Shown here one piece after another: positions 1 through 13,600 of a DNA stretch of 64,000 nt (positions within the stretch are counted from its first letter, which is position 1; each line of letters begins with the position of its first letter). Source of the stretch: Takakia lepidozioides (taxonomy: Eukaryota; Plantae; Bryophyta); NCBI GenBank assembly GCA_030704615.1, contig CM060731.1, forward strand, positions 28,582,001-28,646,000, read 5' to 3'. Below the pieces are notes generated by a model. It had not been told where the DNA came from, searched no databases, and saw nothing but the letters and a program-made list of their open reading frames with translations. The position numbers were made by a program, and so were the translations under genes.

Positions 1-515
1 TGCCAAAGGTTAGGTGATTTTATTTGGTGACTTCAATGCCCGGGTGGGTAAAGGTCTCCATCAGGATGATATCATTGGGCCTTTTGGTGAGGACGAGCTG
101 AACTCTAATGGCAGACGGTTAATTAACTGTCTGGAAGAGCTTCAGCTTCTGGCCTTGAACAATAGGGCAAAAGGTGAACAAGTGCAGTGGACTTGTGAGA
201 AAGCCCAAACTGGGGAACGTTCCATTGTGGATTATATCATAATGGACCAAAATTTGTTTCCCTAGAGTGCCAATGTGTTGATCGACAAAACTGATATTGG
301 TACCTCTGACCACTTCCTGGTTTGGACTGAGATCAAAAGGTGTTTTCCCAACACCAAGAGATCCGTTCAATTCGGAAGTGGTGCATAGAAAAATTCCATA
401 ATGAAGAGGTCAAGGCTGAGTATGTCCAAGCCTTGCAAGAGGCTCTTCCTCATTTTGTCCATTCGCTCCAAGACCTTCAGTCTTGCGCAGACAATGCAAG
501 AAATGAAGTTGAAAG
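1..515 (+). mobile_element. Non-LTR retrotransposon (LINE) AP-endonuclease fragment, degenerate
   Basis: Reads ILFGDFNARVG...NSNGRRL...SIVDYII then stop, then GTSDHFLVW. These are the APE motifs GDFNA, IDY and SDH. Continues as linker-like KWCIEKFHNEEVKAEY and runs off the left edge. Confidence 0.85.
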
Positions 516-612
516 AGCAGTGGATTCTTGGGATATAATGTTGGCAGGATTTACCAAGCATGGGTGTGGTAGGAATGCTTTGGAGACCTATGAGCAAATG
601 ATGGGCAAAGGG
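516..612 (+). pseudogene. PLS-type PPR motif fragment fused to the LINE relic
   Basis: VDSWDIMLAGFTKHGCGRNALETYEQMMGKG resembles the PPR consensus VSWNAMIAGYAQHG.G.EAL.LF.QM. Confidence 0.7.
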
Positions 613-800
613 TACCACCGACAGTCTGGAGGCTGTGATGGCTGCATACGAGTGGGGAAAAAGAAGCGAAGGGATAGAGTGTGGCCAGATTTCAGGCACA
701 AGATTACTTATGATTCCCTGTGAATCAATAGCTACTAGCAACCTACATGGGTAGATGGTCAACTGGAAGCTGCAGCAGCAGCAACACAATTGATAAATTC

Positions 801-2225
801 AGGCATTGCTAATGAAGGCACCTTCTTCAACACATTTCACCCTGTTTTTCCCTCTTATCATAATCGGCCCTGAATTTTCATGTTGAATTCTGCAAGTTAG
901 CTTGTTGAGTGAACCTTTGATAGTTTGGAGGGACTGACTGATATTGCCAATGTGACAACAAAGTATCCAGAAACAGGTAACAGAGACAAGGAGACCAGGA
1001 GCTGTGGAAGTGATACTTTTCTGACCCAAGTCAATGGTGGGACAATCGAGGCAAAAGACAAATGCCTGTTGGATTACAGAGAGTAGCAAATGCAATCGAG
1101 CATAGGAACTAGTGTGATAAGTTGAGTTGGGTGTTTTCTAGAACAATTATAGGCTTGCATTGTTAGTTGCTAGCAGCAAGGCAAGGGTGAATGCATGATT
1201 TGTGCGGAGGCATGGATAGGTGAAGGAGTAGGGATAGAGTGTGGGTCCAGATTCATGTAAGAGGGGCAGATTTCAAGCTCCACATTACCTGAGATTCCCT
1301 GTGGATCAATAGCTACCAGAAACCTGCATGGGTAAGATGGTCAACTGGCAGCAGCGGCACAATTGATATAGTTCAGGATGACATCTGGAACAACTGCAGA
1401 TTTGATCATGTCACCAGGGATCTCTTTGCCCTTTTCGAGGGCTGCCAGACACACTGCAAACACACACAAACCTTATGTCGGCGGGCTTCACCCCTTCCCC
1501 CATCATTTGCTCATAGGTTGGAGCCTCCATCCCGCACCCCTGCTGTGCATACCCCGCAATTTGCTCATAGGTCTCCAAAGCCTCCATCCTGCACCCCTGC
1601 GAGCATCACACTCCACGACATCACATCCCGTTCGCCAAAGTGTTGAACACTCTCTTGGCATCCTTGATGCACCCACATTTGGCCTACATGTCCACCAAGG
1701 CAAAGACAATGTTCAGAATGACATCTGGTAATCTGATAAGCATCCACCTTTTTTCCTCGGTTGTCCCACCATTGACTGGGGTCAGAATAGTATTCATTCT
1801 GCTCCTTCAGCTATCCATGCCTATGCACAAATCAAGTATACATCCTTGCCTTGCTGCTAGCAGCTGATGATGACAGCCTAGATTTGTTCTAGGAAACATC
1901 CAACTCAACTTATCACACTAGTTCCTATGCTCAATTGCATTTGCTACTCTCTATAATCCAACAGGCATTCACCTTCTTGCCTCGATTACCCACCATTGAT
2001 TGGGGTCAGAAAAGTATTCATTCCACAGCTTGTCGTCGTCTCTGTTACCTGTTTCTGGATACTTTCCTGTTGTCACATCGGCAGTATCATGTCAAAGTCA
2101 CTCCAAACTAGATTCACTCAACTAGCTAACTTGCAGAATTCAACATGGACAGTTAGGGCCGATTCTGATACGAGGGAAAAACAAGGTGAAATGTGTTGAA
2201 GAAGATGCCTTCATTAGCAGTGCCT
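801..2225. repeat. Diverged inverted repeat with arms at about 801-1240 and 1790-2225; a third direct partial copy lies at about 2474-2670
   Basis: gaaggcaccttcttcaacacatttcacc...gctgtggaa occurs at about 815-1010 and 2474-2670, and as its reverse complement at about 2020-2215. The stretch 1050-1235 is the reverse complement of about 1790-1990. Confidence 0.85.
1400..1745 (-). pseudogene. PPR (PLS) relic, frameshifted
   Basis: ERDVMSWSVMLAG and AKCGCIKDAKRVF-like pieces across frames, with an internal ~60 bp duplication at 1505-1600. Confidence 0.7.
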
Positions 2226-2470
2226 GGTGGCCATGTATGCCAAATGTGGTAGCATTGAGGATGCCAAAGGGAGTGTTCAACACTATGGCTGAATGAGATG
2301 TGGTGTTGTGGAATGCGATGCTTGCAGGGTGTGCAAAGCAGGGGCGCCGGATGGGGCTTTGGAGACCTGAAAGCAAATGATGGGGGAAGGGGTGAAGTTC
2401 GACCACATCATGTTTGTGTGTGTTTGCAGTGCGTGTGCAAGCCTGGCAGCCCTGGAAAAGGGCATCGGAG
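2215..2470 (+). pseudogene. PPR (PLS) relic, inverted relative to 1400-1745
   Basis: SALVAMYAKCGSIEDAKGVFNTMAE*DVVLWNAMLAGCAKQG, a classic PLS PPR sequence with an internal stop. Confidence 0.8.
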
Positions 2471-2669
2471 GTGAAGGCACCTTCTTCAACACATTTCACC
2501 CTGTTTTTCCTTCTTATCAGAATCGGCCCTAAATTTTCATGTTGAATTCTGCAAGTTAGCTGGTTGAGTGAGCCTTTGATAGTTTGGAGCGACTTTGACA
2601 TGGTACTGCCAATGTGACAACAGGGAAGTATCCAGAAATAGGTAGCTGAGACGAGGAGAAGCTGTGGAA

Positions 2670-5600
2670 TCCCGGTGTGCGGGGCTCCACCTAGTGAGCG
2701 CCTCCGCCTCCTTGAGTGCCTTGGGCACTCAAGGGTGCTTCAGCCCCCGTACCTATCGCTGCTACTGCCCCCACCACAGGGGCAGCCCCTCTTGCGTCCC
2801 GACCCCCCCCTGCCCTCAAGGCAAAGGGCCGCGACACACACCCCTACCAACAGGGAGTCGATGTCCTCATCGACTTGTCCATTTTGTAGAAACGAACATC
2901 CAAGTTGTGGCGTCCCACATCAAGGAGTTTGTTTCCGCACCATGGCGTCCCATGGCAAAGAACCAAACCCCACACTTGACTCTACTCTCCACTAGCTAGT
3001 TCGGCCGACTTCCTCCAAGTCCCGGCCAAGGGTGGAGCCTCTCCAGCTCCTCCCAGTGCACTCTTCTTGGCCTACTTCAAGGCCAAGGAACGATCCTCCC
3101 CAAGGATCGAATCGCCTTACTGCAACAACATTGCTTGCGATCGCTCATGATGCCGCTTTTGGCATCACCTTGAGCAAGGGTTCCCTGGAACCCTCTTTGA
3201 CTAAGAAGATAACCTTGAACCAACCGTGCGCCCCAATCACTACAATTGGGTCCGCCTTGGAATGCTGGCCTGAGGTACGGGAACACGCCGAAGCCGCACT
3301 ACAACTTCGTCCCGAGGCTACACGATTATAGTACGTGAACGGAAGCACGTAGCTTCCGCGTTAGCCCGCACTACAAGGCAACCCCCTCGGTAGCGCAGTT
3401 ATAATACGCGCACGCGCCAGGTGCGCACTAGCACGTGAACTCCCAAAGAAGTTGCAAGTTTCCTTGCCCCTTGGATGGGGGTCACCCGATTTCAGCACTA
3501 CGCAAACACACGATTAACCCAATTTACCTCTCCCACTTTTATAAGCTAGCATGCATTCTACACACTAGCCAACCATACCATGCATCACCATTCCAAACAA
3601 AATATGAAGCACAACATTTGGAATCCGTTTCATTTATAGCACGTTTTGTACAATACAAGTTTTTGCAATCGGATTCCTAAGCTAGCTAAGCCGGGCTAAG
3701 CATGCATTTCCTCCCCCACGCTCCAAGGTTGGTGCCCCATCAACGCTTCTTCCGCTTTTGAGGTCGCCCTTCGAAAGCTGCGACCGCCTCAGATGCGTTT
3801 CTCATTTCTGAGGCACGCACCCAAGATGCCTCCATATGATGATAGCCCTTCCATTTGACGAGATACTCCGTTTCTCGGTTCCTGAACCTCCTCGACTTAA
3901 GTATTGCCTCCACCTCGTACTCAGGTTCATTTTCATGATCCAACAGCATAGGTGGCGGACGCAACACTTGATGCCGATTCGGACGCGCTTCATCTTTGAA
4001 GTAAGGCTTCAAAAGGGAGACATGGAATACTGGGTGCACCTTGCTGTTTGCCGGCAGCTCCAATTCATACACATCCTCATTCATAATCTTCCGAATGTGA
4101 AAGGGTCCCGCATACGGAGGTACGAACTTCGGACTCATTTCCGGAGGTAGTCGGAAATTCTTGATGTTCAACCAGACCTCTGTGCCTGCCTCAAACTTCA
4201 CTTCCCTCCACTTCCGATTCGCCTGCCTTTCATACCTTTTCCTAGCTTTGGCAATATTGTACTTTGCGAGCTTCAACAAACGCTCGCGTTCTTCCAGTAC
4301 CGCCACTACTGCCGGTTCCTCAACATCCTGGGCGGCCCAACTTGTCGGCACCAGAGGTGCTTTTCCATAGACCAATACGAAAGGGGAAACTCCCGTTGCG
4401 GAGTATTCTGTGTTATTATAACAGAACTCTGCCGCGTCTAAGTGTTCCATCCAGTCTGATTGGTCTGCCGACACGTAATTCCGCAAGAATTGCTTTACTA
4501 CGGAATTCACTCTTTCCGTTTGGCTGTCCGTCGTAGGTCGAAAGGCGGTGCTTATCTTCAGCCTCGTCCCCATCTTCTTCCAAAGTGTCCTCCAAAATTT
4601 ACTCGTAAACTTTGGATCGCGATCCGAGACAATATCCTTCGGGACTCCATGATGCTTTAAGACGTGGGCGAAGTAAAGTCGCCCTGTCTCCTGCGCCGTT
4701 GCCGTCTCCTTGGTGGGGATGAAATGGCCTATTTTACTGAACCTATCCACCACCACCATGATTGCATCGAATCCTTTTGACAGCGGCATAGCAGTCATGA
4801 AATCCATCGAGACGCTTTCCCAAGTCCCCTCTGGAATCGGCAAGGGTTATAACAGCCCCGCTTGCTTTTTGTACTCGCTCCGGTTTTGTTGGCATGTGGT
4901 GCATGTCTTGACATACTCCTCTGCCTCCTCCCTCAGTTTGGGCCAGAAATACTCTTTCTTCAAGAGTGCCGCAGTGTGCTTGGCTCCGCCGTGGCCCGCA
5001 AGCGGGCTATCATGGCATTTTCTGAAGAGGTTATCTCTGATCCCTCCCTTTGGCACGTAGAGACGTTTTTGCTTATACCGGAGCAGTCCATTTTGCAAGT
5101 GGAACTGCGATTTAACCCCCATCCTCAAGTCCTGCATCACGGACTTCGCCAGCTCATCCTTCCGGCAAGCCTTCCGGATCTTCCTTTGGAGCGCCGTCTC
5201 GCCCTTGTACACCAACAAGAGCTGCTGCTTTCTACTTAAAGCATCGGCCACCACGTTGTCTCGTCCCGGTTTGTACTAGATATCCACGTCGAACACCGCC
5301 AAAGTATCTTGCCACCTAAGTTGTTTTGGGGACAACTTGGGCTGCGTGGCAAAATACTTTACCGAGACATTGTCCGTGAACACCTTCACTGGGTTGGAAC
5401 CAACATAGTGGCGCCAGAGCTCAAGACAGTGCACCACTGCCTTCATCTCTTTCTCGTGCGTCGGCCACCGTTCAGTTTCTTACTTTTGTAAGCCACTGGA
5501 CGTCCATCTTGCATCAGCACACCACCAATCGTGAAGTCCGACGCATCTGTATGTATCTCAAACGGACGATCGAACTCCGGGATTTTCAAGACTGAAGCTT

Positions 5601-5860
5601 CCGCCATCCGCTGCTTCAATTTAGCAAAAGCTTGGCCACAAAAGGTGTTCCATGCCCAGACTTTAGATTTACACAGAAGGTCTGACAGCGGCCCCGCAAT
5701 CTTGGTGAAATTTCTCACATACTTCTGGTAATAGGAGGCGAGTCCTAGGAAGGATCGCACTCTCGGGACCGAAGTCGGAGGCTCCCAGTCCAAAATCGCC
5801 CTCACCTTTCTGCCATCCATTTTTGATCCCATCCTGTGTAATCACATGCCCCCAAGAACT
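2670..5860 (-). mobile_element. 5'-truncated Ty3/gypsy chromovirus: RT end, RNase H, integrase, chromodomain, then probable PPT and 3' LTR (about 2670-3706)
   Basis: RT/RNase H: FLGHVI, VRSFLGLASYY, HTDASDFTIGGVLMQ, TDN, VADALSR. Integrase: HDSPLAGH...CTTC zinc finger and SMDF/VSDRDPKF/QTERVN core. Chromodomain: EYEVEAIL...YLVKWKGY. Purine tract (minus strand gggggaggaaa) at 3707-3717. Has stops and frameshifts. LTR limits are approximate. Confidence 0.93.
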
Positions 5861-6182
5861 TCACTAACCTTTTTAACTGTTTCCAAGGAACTTTTTAATA
5901 TGATTTACAAGGGCCAATGTCTCCTTTTCCTTCCCCCCAAGTAAGGGGAAAAAGAAAAAGAAAAAGGGAACTTATGTACCAGCCCCTAACTTAGTTGCTA
6001 GAATAATAGCATCTTGAATGCACAAGGGAGAGGCATGTGGGCCCCACCACGTCCAAACAAAGGGTCACCCCACCGTGTTAACTAACATATTCAATTTGGT
6101 AACCGCCAGGAGCATATAGGTAGTGCAGTGCCTGCTACCCACTTCCCAACGAAACACTCACGTGAGGTGGCTGTGGACTGTT

Positions 6183-6204
6183 GAGAGAGAGAGAGAGAGA
6201 GAGA
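6183..6204 (+). repeat. (GA)n microsatellite upstream of the SSL gene
   Basis: gagaga run, seen directly. Confidence 0.9.
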
Positions 6205-6470
6205 GTATATATTACTCACAGAACTGGACAGGTTGAGAGGAGGGGAGCGGTGCATTAAGAGGAGGTGACAAGAGAGAGAGAAGTTCAGGGGGCTCTAGAT
6301 AGACCACGCAGACATTGGCCCGGCTTGAAAACAGAGCAGTGAGAGAAGAGGTTGCTGAGATGCAGCTGGTATGTTGCAAGACGGTGTGGTGAGAAGGAGA
6401 GCGAGAAGGCAGAAAGGGTGTCTGAATTCGAGTGGCGAAAGGAGGTAGTGGACGACTTTTGAAACGATTG

Positions 6471-8820
6471 ATGGGCTCAATGACTCCGACGTGGGTGCTT
6501 CTTATGGCAGCAGTAGCATGGTTTTTGGCTACAGATCCACTGAAACTTTCCTCTATAGCTGGAGTGCAGGACTTTAACCCGCAGTACGTGGCACCACCTC
6601 CCTATGATCCACTTGCGAATTTGACACGGGACAGCGAGAACAAGCTCCAAGCATCGGAGCTAAAATGGAAGAACGAATTTGTTGGACCCGAGAGCCTCGC
6701 ATTCGACCCACAAGGAAGGGGCCCTTACACGGGCATTAGTGATGGGCGTGTTATTCGCTGGGATGGACCAGAAGTTGGATGGACCACTTTTGCCACTACC
6801 TCTAAGAATCGGTAAAGCCGCGTCTGTCAATTTTCTTACTTGCCTTCATGTCTTGCAATGAGTACCACCTCCAGACCTCCGTTTCCTTCCCCCCGTCTTC
6901 ATTCTATCGCACAACGTTCCCTGCTGTCCTCCCCTCGCGTATGCTCATTATCTGCTCCCCATAGCCACAAGACGCCTACATTTTTCTACCTGAATTAATC
7001 AGGATTACTCTCTGCCTTTGGTTATTCAATAGAGCGGTACCCACATTAGAGTTACTGCCCGTTCACCTTTTAAACACAATGATCTGTAATATAAACTGAA
7101 TTGGCAGCACACCAGCTGTCTCGGAATTTATTGGGCGGGGATCCTCATTGCTTTTCCCCTTTGAAGCAACACCAGGTCAGGTATTTGCGAGTACAAGAAT
7201 CCACCGGCACCGAATCTGGAGTACGAGCACGTTTGTGGGCGCCCCTTGGGACTGCGATTTGACAAAAAGACAGGGGACCTTTACATCGCGGATGCCTATT
7301 TTGGAATACTGAAGGTGGATCCCCAAGGAGGTCTGGCCGAACCAGTTGTGACGGAGGTTGACGGAGTGCCATTCCAGTTTTGCAACGACCTTGATTTTGA
7401 CGAGGATGGCATACTGTACTTCACCGACAGCAGCACCAAGTATCAACGCAGGTTGGTACCTTCTGCTGCTTCAGTGATTTGTGATTGGGTTCAAGGTGAA
7501 AACTATTCGTGTATTTTCCTGCCATCCGTCCTATCTTGAGCTAATTTGGCTACTCGCACATACTCCACAGAACCCATGAGAAAGACTTCTATGAAATTTA
7601 TCAATGCGTACATGGAACAAAACTTGGAGCATAGAAGTTACTACTTGCCTACAAGAAAATGTACGAATCTGTTTTTCAAAGCACAATATGTTACTAACAT
7701 ATAAAATGGCAGGAGATTTTTCCTATCAATCCTGGAAGCTGAGGATACAGGAAGATTTTTGAAGTATGACCCAGACACCAAGGAGGCCGTAGTGCTGATT
7801 GAGGGCTTGCGCTTCCCAAATGGAGTGGCAGTGAGCAAGGATGGCACCTTTGTACTTGTGTGTGAGACTCGAGATGGCAGGTTTGTTTCTTACTCGACAT
7901 GGTTGATTTATCTAGTGTCCAGAGCCCAGCTAAGGACAACATTTAAGAGAGAAAAAGGGTTGGAGAGAGGGAAGCATTTTGCAAATGCTCACTCACTAGC
8001 CCAGATTAATCTGTTAAGATGCTGGTCGGACATCGGAAGTGGTAGAGGGAGTTCATGTGTGAGAGAACCATTTTGGCCGTTTTCAGATGCTAGAAAGTAT
8101 TCAATTTTCCAGTTGACTGAGGAGAGATCCTGCCTTGGGACAAGTAGTTTTGAAACTCAAGTTTTTCTGCACTTCAATTTTTTCAGTGGGCAAGAGATTA
8201 GCTACCCGTAGTCTATAAGAGACCTCTAGGGACAAGTGGGTGTACGGGAATGTTTGTTTCCAAAGGAGAAGCAGAGAGGTACAAGCACAACCAAGCCTTT
8301 TTAAATGCTACATGTTTCTACGATTTGCATGTGCTGTGGTCAGTTGGTTTGTTTGTAAGGTGCCATTCTTCCCTAGCTCACCACTAAATCAATGTCATCT
8401 CCCCTTGTTGGAACCAGAATACTGCGGTACTGGCTGAAGGGACCCAAGGCTGGGACCTCTGAAACATTTGTAGTGCTACCTGGGTTTCCAGATAACGTAC
8501 GGTGCAACGAGAAAGGTGACTTCTGGGTGGCCATCCACCGCCGCCGTACCTTCATCGAATCGGTTTCTGGTGCCCACCCCTGGGTCCGATATGTTGCTGC
8601 TAAACTCCCCATTACACAGAAATATCTGTATGCCTTGACCAGTGGGAAGCCCCATGCCATGGTTCTTCGGTATGGCCCTGATGGCAGCTTGCTAGAGGTC
8701 CTTGAGGATCAGATAGGAAAGGTTGTAAAACTTGTGAGTGAGGTGGAAGAACACAATGGAAAGCTCTATCTTGGGACTGTGCTGTTGCCTCAAGTAGCTG
8801 TTTATACCTTAAGGTCTTAA
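6471..8820 (+). CDS. SSL: Strictosidine synthase-like protein; exons 6471-6811, 7176-7451, 7713-7880, 8418-8820
   Basis: Motifs GPESLAFDPQGRGPYTGISDGRV, CGRPLGLRF, LYIADAYFG, YFTDSS, FPNGVAVSKD, LPGFPDNVR, SEVEEHNGKLYLG. GT-AG junctions keep the frame. N-terminal hydrophobic segment. Confidence 0.95.
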
Positions 8821-10655
8821 CCCCAAGGTGTGAGACACTCCCTCAACATTTGTAGTAACAAGATGCATAAAGTCAAGAGGACACCGACTACGAAAGAGTT
8901 GTAACTATTAAAGTAGATTGATCTTCTTGATCATCCATGTGAATACACAAGATTATTTTTTACCTCAACAAGCAGGCAAATCTACACAACATTCTAGGAC
9001 AAATCGGGCTTGGAAGTGTAACAAGATGCATGGATACATGCTAGTTCCTTCATGCTCCCTTGTAGACGGACTCATGAACAATAGGGGTAATGGTTTTGAG
9101 GGATGTCGAAGACAGGCACTTATATAGCACAGGTCCGAGGAGAGATAACTAGGCAGATAAACACATTAGAAAATTTTCACCCAAAATGAGGGTGATCATC
9201 GCTATTCTGAAGGAGGATCTGAAGGCGCCTGCATTTCGCAGTGAAGTATCCACAACGACATCGAAACAGTCCATTTCTAAGATAAGAAACAGCTATGAGA
9301 TTCTGCAGAGAAGGCTTGGTGGGATTGCAGTCCCTATAAATACAATGTTTCAAATTTCAGTGTGACCTTTTTACACTAAATTTCTTGTTTCTTGGATCAT
9401 GAACAACTATATGTCAAGGATTTTGTGTTGTATCACAACAATAGTTCCGGCAGTGTTGAATTTGCCAGCGGGAAAAGCAACTTGACCTTGCTTTGAGAAA
9501 TGAAGCAATTCAGGTGAGCACCATGACTCATGATGTAGATTTTTCCAAGCTATTTCATTTCTTTGCTCAGATCATATGCTCAGATTGTGAGACAATTGAA
9601 AGTGGCAATACACACATGCTCTTCTCATACTTGTGGCATTATTCTGTCAACTATGTAACTTGCTTCTACATTGCTTCTTATGTGGGTGGAGGAGGATCCA
9701 CTTTTGCCTGCACATCCAGAAAGCATGTCAAGTATAACCACAATTCTGATTGGATACATTTCCATACAATCCATGAGCTCTTCTTTGATAGTGTGAAGAG
9801 ATCCAATGCTCTTTATGCTAGATACTCACAATCAAGGTGGTATAAAAACAGCCCAACCTCATGATCTTTGGGAAAAAATGTGTCCAAGGAATCAGATGTA
9901 ATGCACTGAACCAAACCCAATCATCAAATATTGGGGCGATAAATCCAATGAACTTTCAAAACCAAAATTTGACATTTTCTGGTTGTAACATAGCTAAAAG
10001 CAGGAACAGAAACTCCTGTTCTCATCTTAGTGAAGGCTCTATCTAGTTGGGAGAAGAAAAGGTGCAGGTAACCATCAGAGTGATTGATGTAAATTGAGTA
10101 GGAGACATGCAACTGCAAAACTGGAAAAGTATAGTACAAATTGAGATGGTGATGTCACAGATTTACACATAAACGCCAAGGCTGAATGGACATGCTCTCA
10201 GAGCTGTCTCACAATGGTCCTGCCAAACATGGCTCGAGAAGTAGAGCCAGCATTGTCATCCTTCCTAAAGTGGTGAGGCTTCAGGCCCAGCATAGGTACT
10301 TGCGTCCAAATATTGCTATATCACTTACCTCTGGATGTCACTTTGGACAATTGCAATTCGAAAATCAACTCTAGAATACATTCCTATTGTAGCTGCTATT
10401 TGAACACACCTGTATGGCAGAAATATGTCAGTATAGTTGTCATGGCTTCAGCAGGCAGATACGGAAAAACAAAGACCACAGGGAAAGCTCCGTAGGAGAA
10501 AAGCAGGGGAAGTGGGGGAGCTCCTTTGGTGCCAAGGGTGTACTATTGTTGTATCAGGAGCCACACAACAAATACAAAAGCTGTCAGTAATAGAGGTCTC
10601 ATGGACAAACTCAAATGGTTAAGAAAATAGGTCTTCCTACTTTTCACTCTGGGGT

Positions 10656-13600
10656 CTACCTCACAGGACTGCTGGGAAATGGGGGCTCCAATAAAGAAAG
10701 AAGGTTGAATGCCGGGGAACCCAGATTGAAGCCACGCACAACACCCCCATGTGCCACCTTGATCCGATAACAAAGCAGCAATATTGCATCCCATAGAGCA
10801 GTTCGCCCCTGCAAGTGATTATGGAAACTTGGTGATCAGAAACAGTTCAAACAGATTTAACTTTGTTGCATCGCAGCAGGTGCAGGTTGTTAGCTGTGTA
10901 GAGCGATTGCATTGACTCATCATCTGCACTGGACGACAATGGTTAAGTGAGACCTTACCTGGAATGAAAACTGCAACTTCTTCTCCCAGTAGAGAGCAAA
11001 AACTGGAGGGGTCTGCTTGCTGATGGCTAAGATACATGCTCCTACATGGAGGGCCCCGGGAGCAGTAGACAACACTGCAATGTACTTCTCTGGAAATCTC
11101 TCCTTATGGGGCATGGAAGCGACAAAGAGTGGGTTGTTCCCTGATTGCATACTGGGGTGCGTGGTGGGGTCAACATGTAGCATCCACTGGGGGTGCTCCA
11201 GCAAGGCACAGAAGAGATAAAGTAAAAGGTGGGGGTCTGAAGGCAACTCAGGATTGTAAGGCTTGCTCTTGTCAAGCCCGTCCCCTCCACTTCCCATAAA
11301 ATCAAACTTCTTCATGCACGTGCCTTCTGCCAACTCTGTCAAAACAAATTTTTGGACTTCAGTGACAGAGCCTAACCACAGGCAGATTTAGACGCATGCT
11401 TAAGTTTAACTTCACCATTATGCACACAAGCACCGAGTGATTAGGCCCCTACACAATTTTTTTGCACATTAACAGGATTTCTGTTTGAAGAATAAGTACA
11501 GTATAAGTCAGGAATCTCTCAATAAGAAATGGGCACAAATCTACATAGAATATGATTATAGCATGACAGTAGACTAGCTCATGTTTTGAAGTGAACCAAC
11601 TAGAGTGACTCTACAAATTCTGAGCAAAATGGCTATGTTGGCTAACCCCCAAAACTGGGGAAACAAACTACCCCATTGGAAAAAAATTCAAATAGCCCTG
11701 GACATTCTGATCATGAGGCTACGTGCCTCAACCATTTGTTGCAGGTTGAACAGGCAGATCGGCCATAAGTTTTGCTCAAAGTAAATGGCCCAGGCTTTTG
11801 GGGCGGGCTCATTTGACACTCACATGGTGTTATCTGAAGATCCAAACGGCTGAATCTGGTGACTCAACATGAAATACATAGACATGGTGGATGTGACACC
11901 ACAGAAACAGGCATGAGGGTAGGGAGTTGCCAAGCTGGACAACCCGTGCCTCATCCTGTGAGCCTGCATCCATCTTTCAACTACACCATCTCTCCTTCTC
12001 TAGCTGTCTCATTTATGCCTTACTTTCTGAAAACAATCAAAGAGCCAACCTCGGATTCGCTGGACGGCATAGTCAGCCCGCACACTGCTCAGGGGAAGGA
12101 GGCCCTTTACCCACTCTCCTTTCATAAGAACCCTCAATCTCTGGTGCTCAGTCACCGCATCCAAGCACTCCTGGATTGAGGGGTTGATTATTCTCCCCTG
12201 ATTCAATGACTGAAGACCAAAGAGTGATGGCTGTGGGGCTGCAAAATAGACAGCAAGGGAATTGAGATACTTGTATTAGTTGGAACATGCAGGTATAAGA
12301 TCTATATCCTAAGAAAAATTAAGTGTGAGAATGAACTTCAAACAAACAGCTAAATGTGGTTGAATGAACTTACTGGGAGGCGTATCTCGCGCTTGCATTA
12401 GTGCAGCGCGCAGCTGATGCAGCAAGGCATCCTCATCCGCAGTGACAGTGGTGAGCCACTCATATGTAGGCCCCTCTGCAGAGGCTGGGATTGGGCCCCC
12501 ACCCGTTTCTTGCCTGCTGCCACCAACCTGGGCAACATTTATGGAAAGGCTCAGCTTTGCTGCTGCTGCCATCACCTTCACAGAATTTGCACCACCCAAA
12601 CAAGAGCAGAAACCCATGAGAACAAACACAACATGTGTAGATCCATAAACAACTGAACACTATGTAAACAAATCTCTGAACGGGAAGACAATATTATGGA
12701 GTACACAGCCTAAATCGTAGTGGATTGGAGATCTCTTGATGAGTGAAAGGCAATAGTGCTGTCCAATGCCATCAGGGTTCCAAGAGGGGGTAAAGGCATT
12801 AAAAAAAATGATGTGGAACAATAAGAGGAAAGAAATTCAAACCCAGCCAGGGATGACGATCAGAGTCCTCTGTACAATGAAAGACCACGAGCTTCAAATG
12901 CATCATCATACGGTCTGCAGGAATGACATAAATTTTGTTGTATTCCTGACACATGCTAGGCAAATGGGCACAGCTAGGTTCCTAAACTTTCTTTCAGTCA
13001 GTTAAGTAACTGACCTGCAAGTGGCTGATATCAATCTTGTGAGCAAGGGGGTTAAGCAGAACCTCCGAGAACCACTGCCGCAATCTGTCCCTCCATTCGT
13101 CCATATAGGATAGAACTCCCATCCGGCGAAACCCATCTGTCACTTGGTCCATTGACATGGGACCAGGAAGTTCCCCTTCTCCTTTCTTCGGGGAAACACC
13201 CCCCTTCTGAGAGCTAGGAGACATTCGTAGGGTTCGTATTGGGCCGCTCCGCGGTGTGCTGGAGAGGGACACCGGGGTTGGAATTGGGCTGGCATTTGTT
13301 GCATTACCCCCCACCCCTCGTAAAGTGGGGGAGGGTGTCATGAAGCCCTGGGCAACTAGAGCAGTCTTTCCAGCTGATTCGGTCATTTTGGTGTCCACTT
13401 CTGCAAGAAACTTTGCAAGCTTCTCTTCACTTTGAATATCGTCTTTCAGAGTTAACCCCCTCTGTGTTGACCATGGGGTTGAAATAAGCTCGTGGGGAGA
13501 CACTTGGACCCCTGATGATGAAGACACATAAGATGGCGCTGAATATGATGACACCTGACAGTGTTTGCATTGCTATGAGAACAACATCGACAACTTTCGG

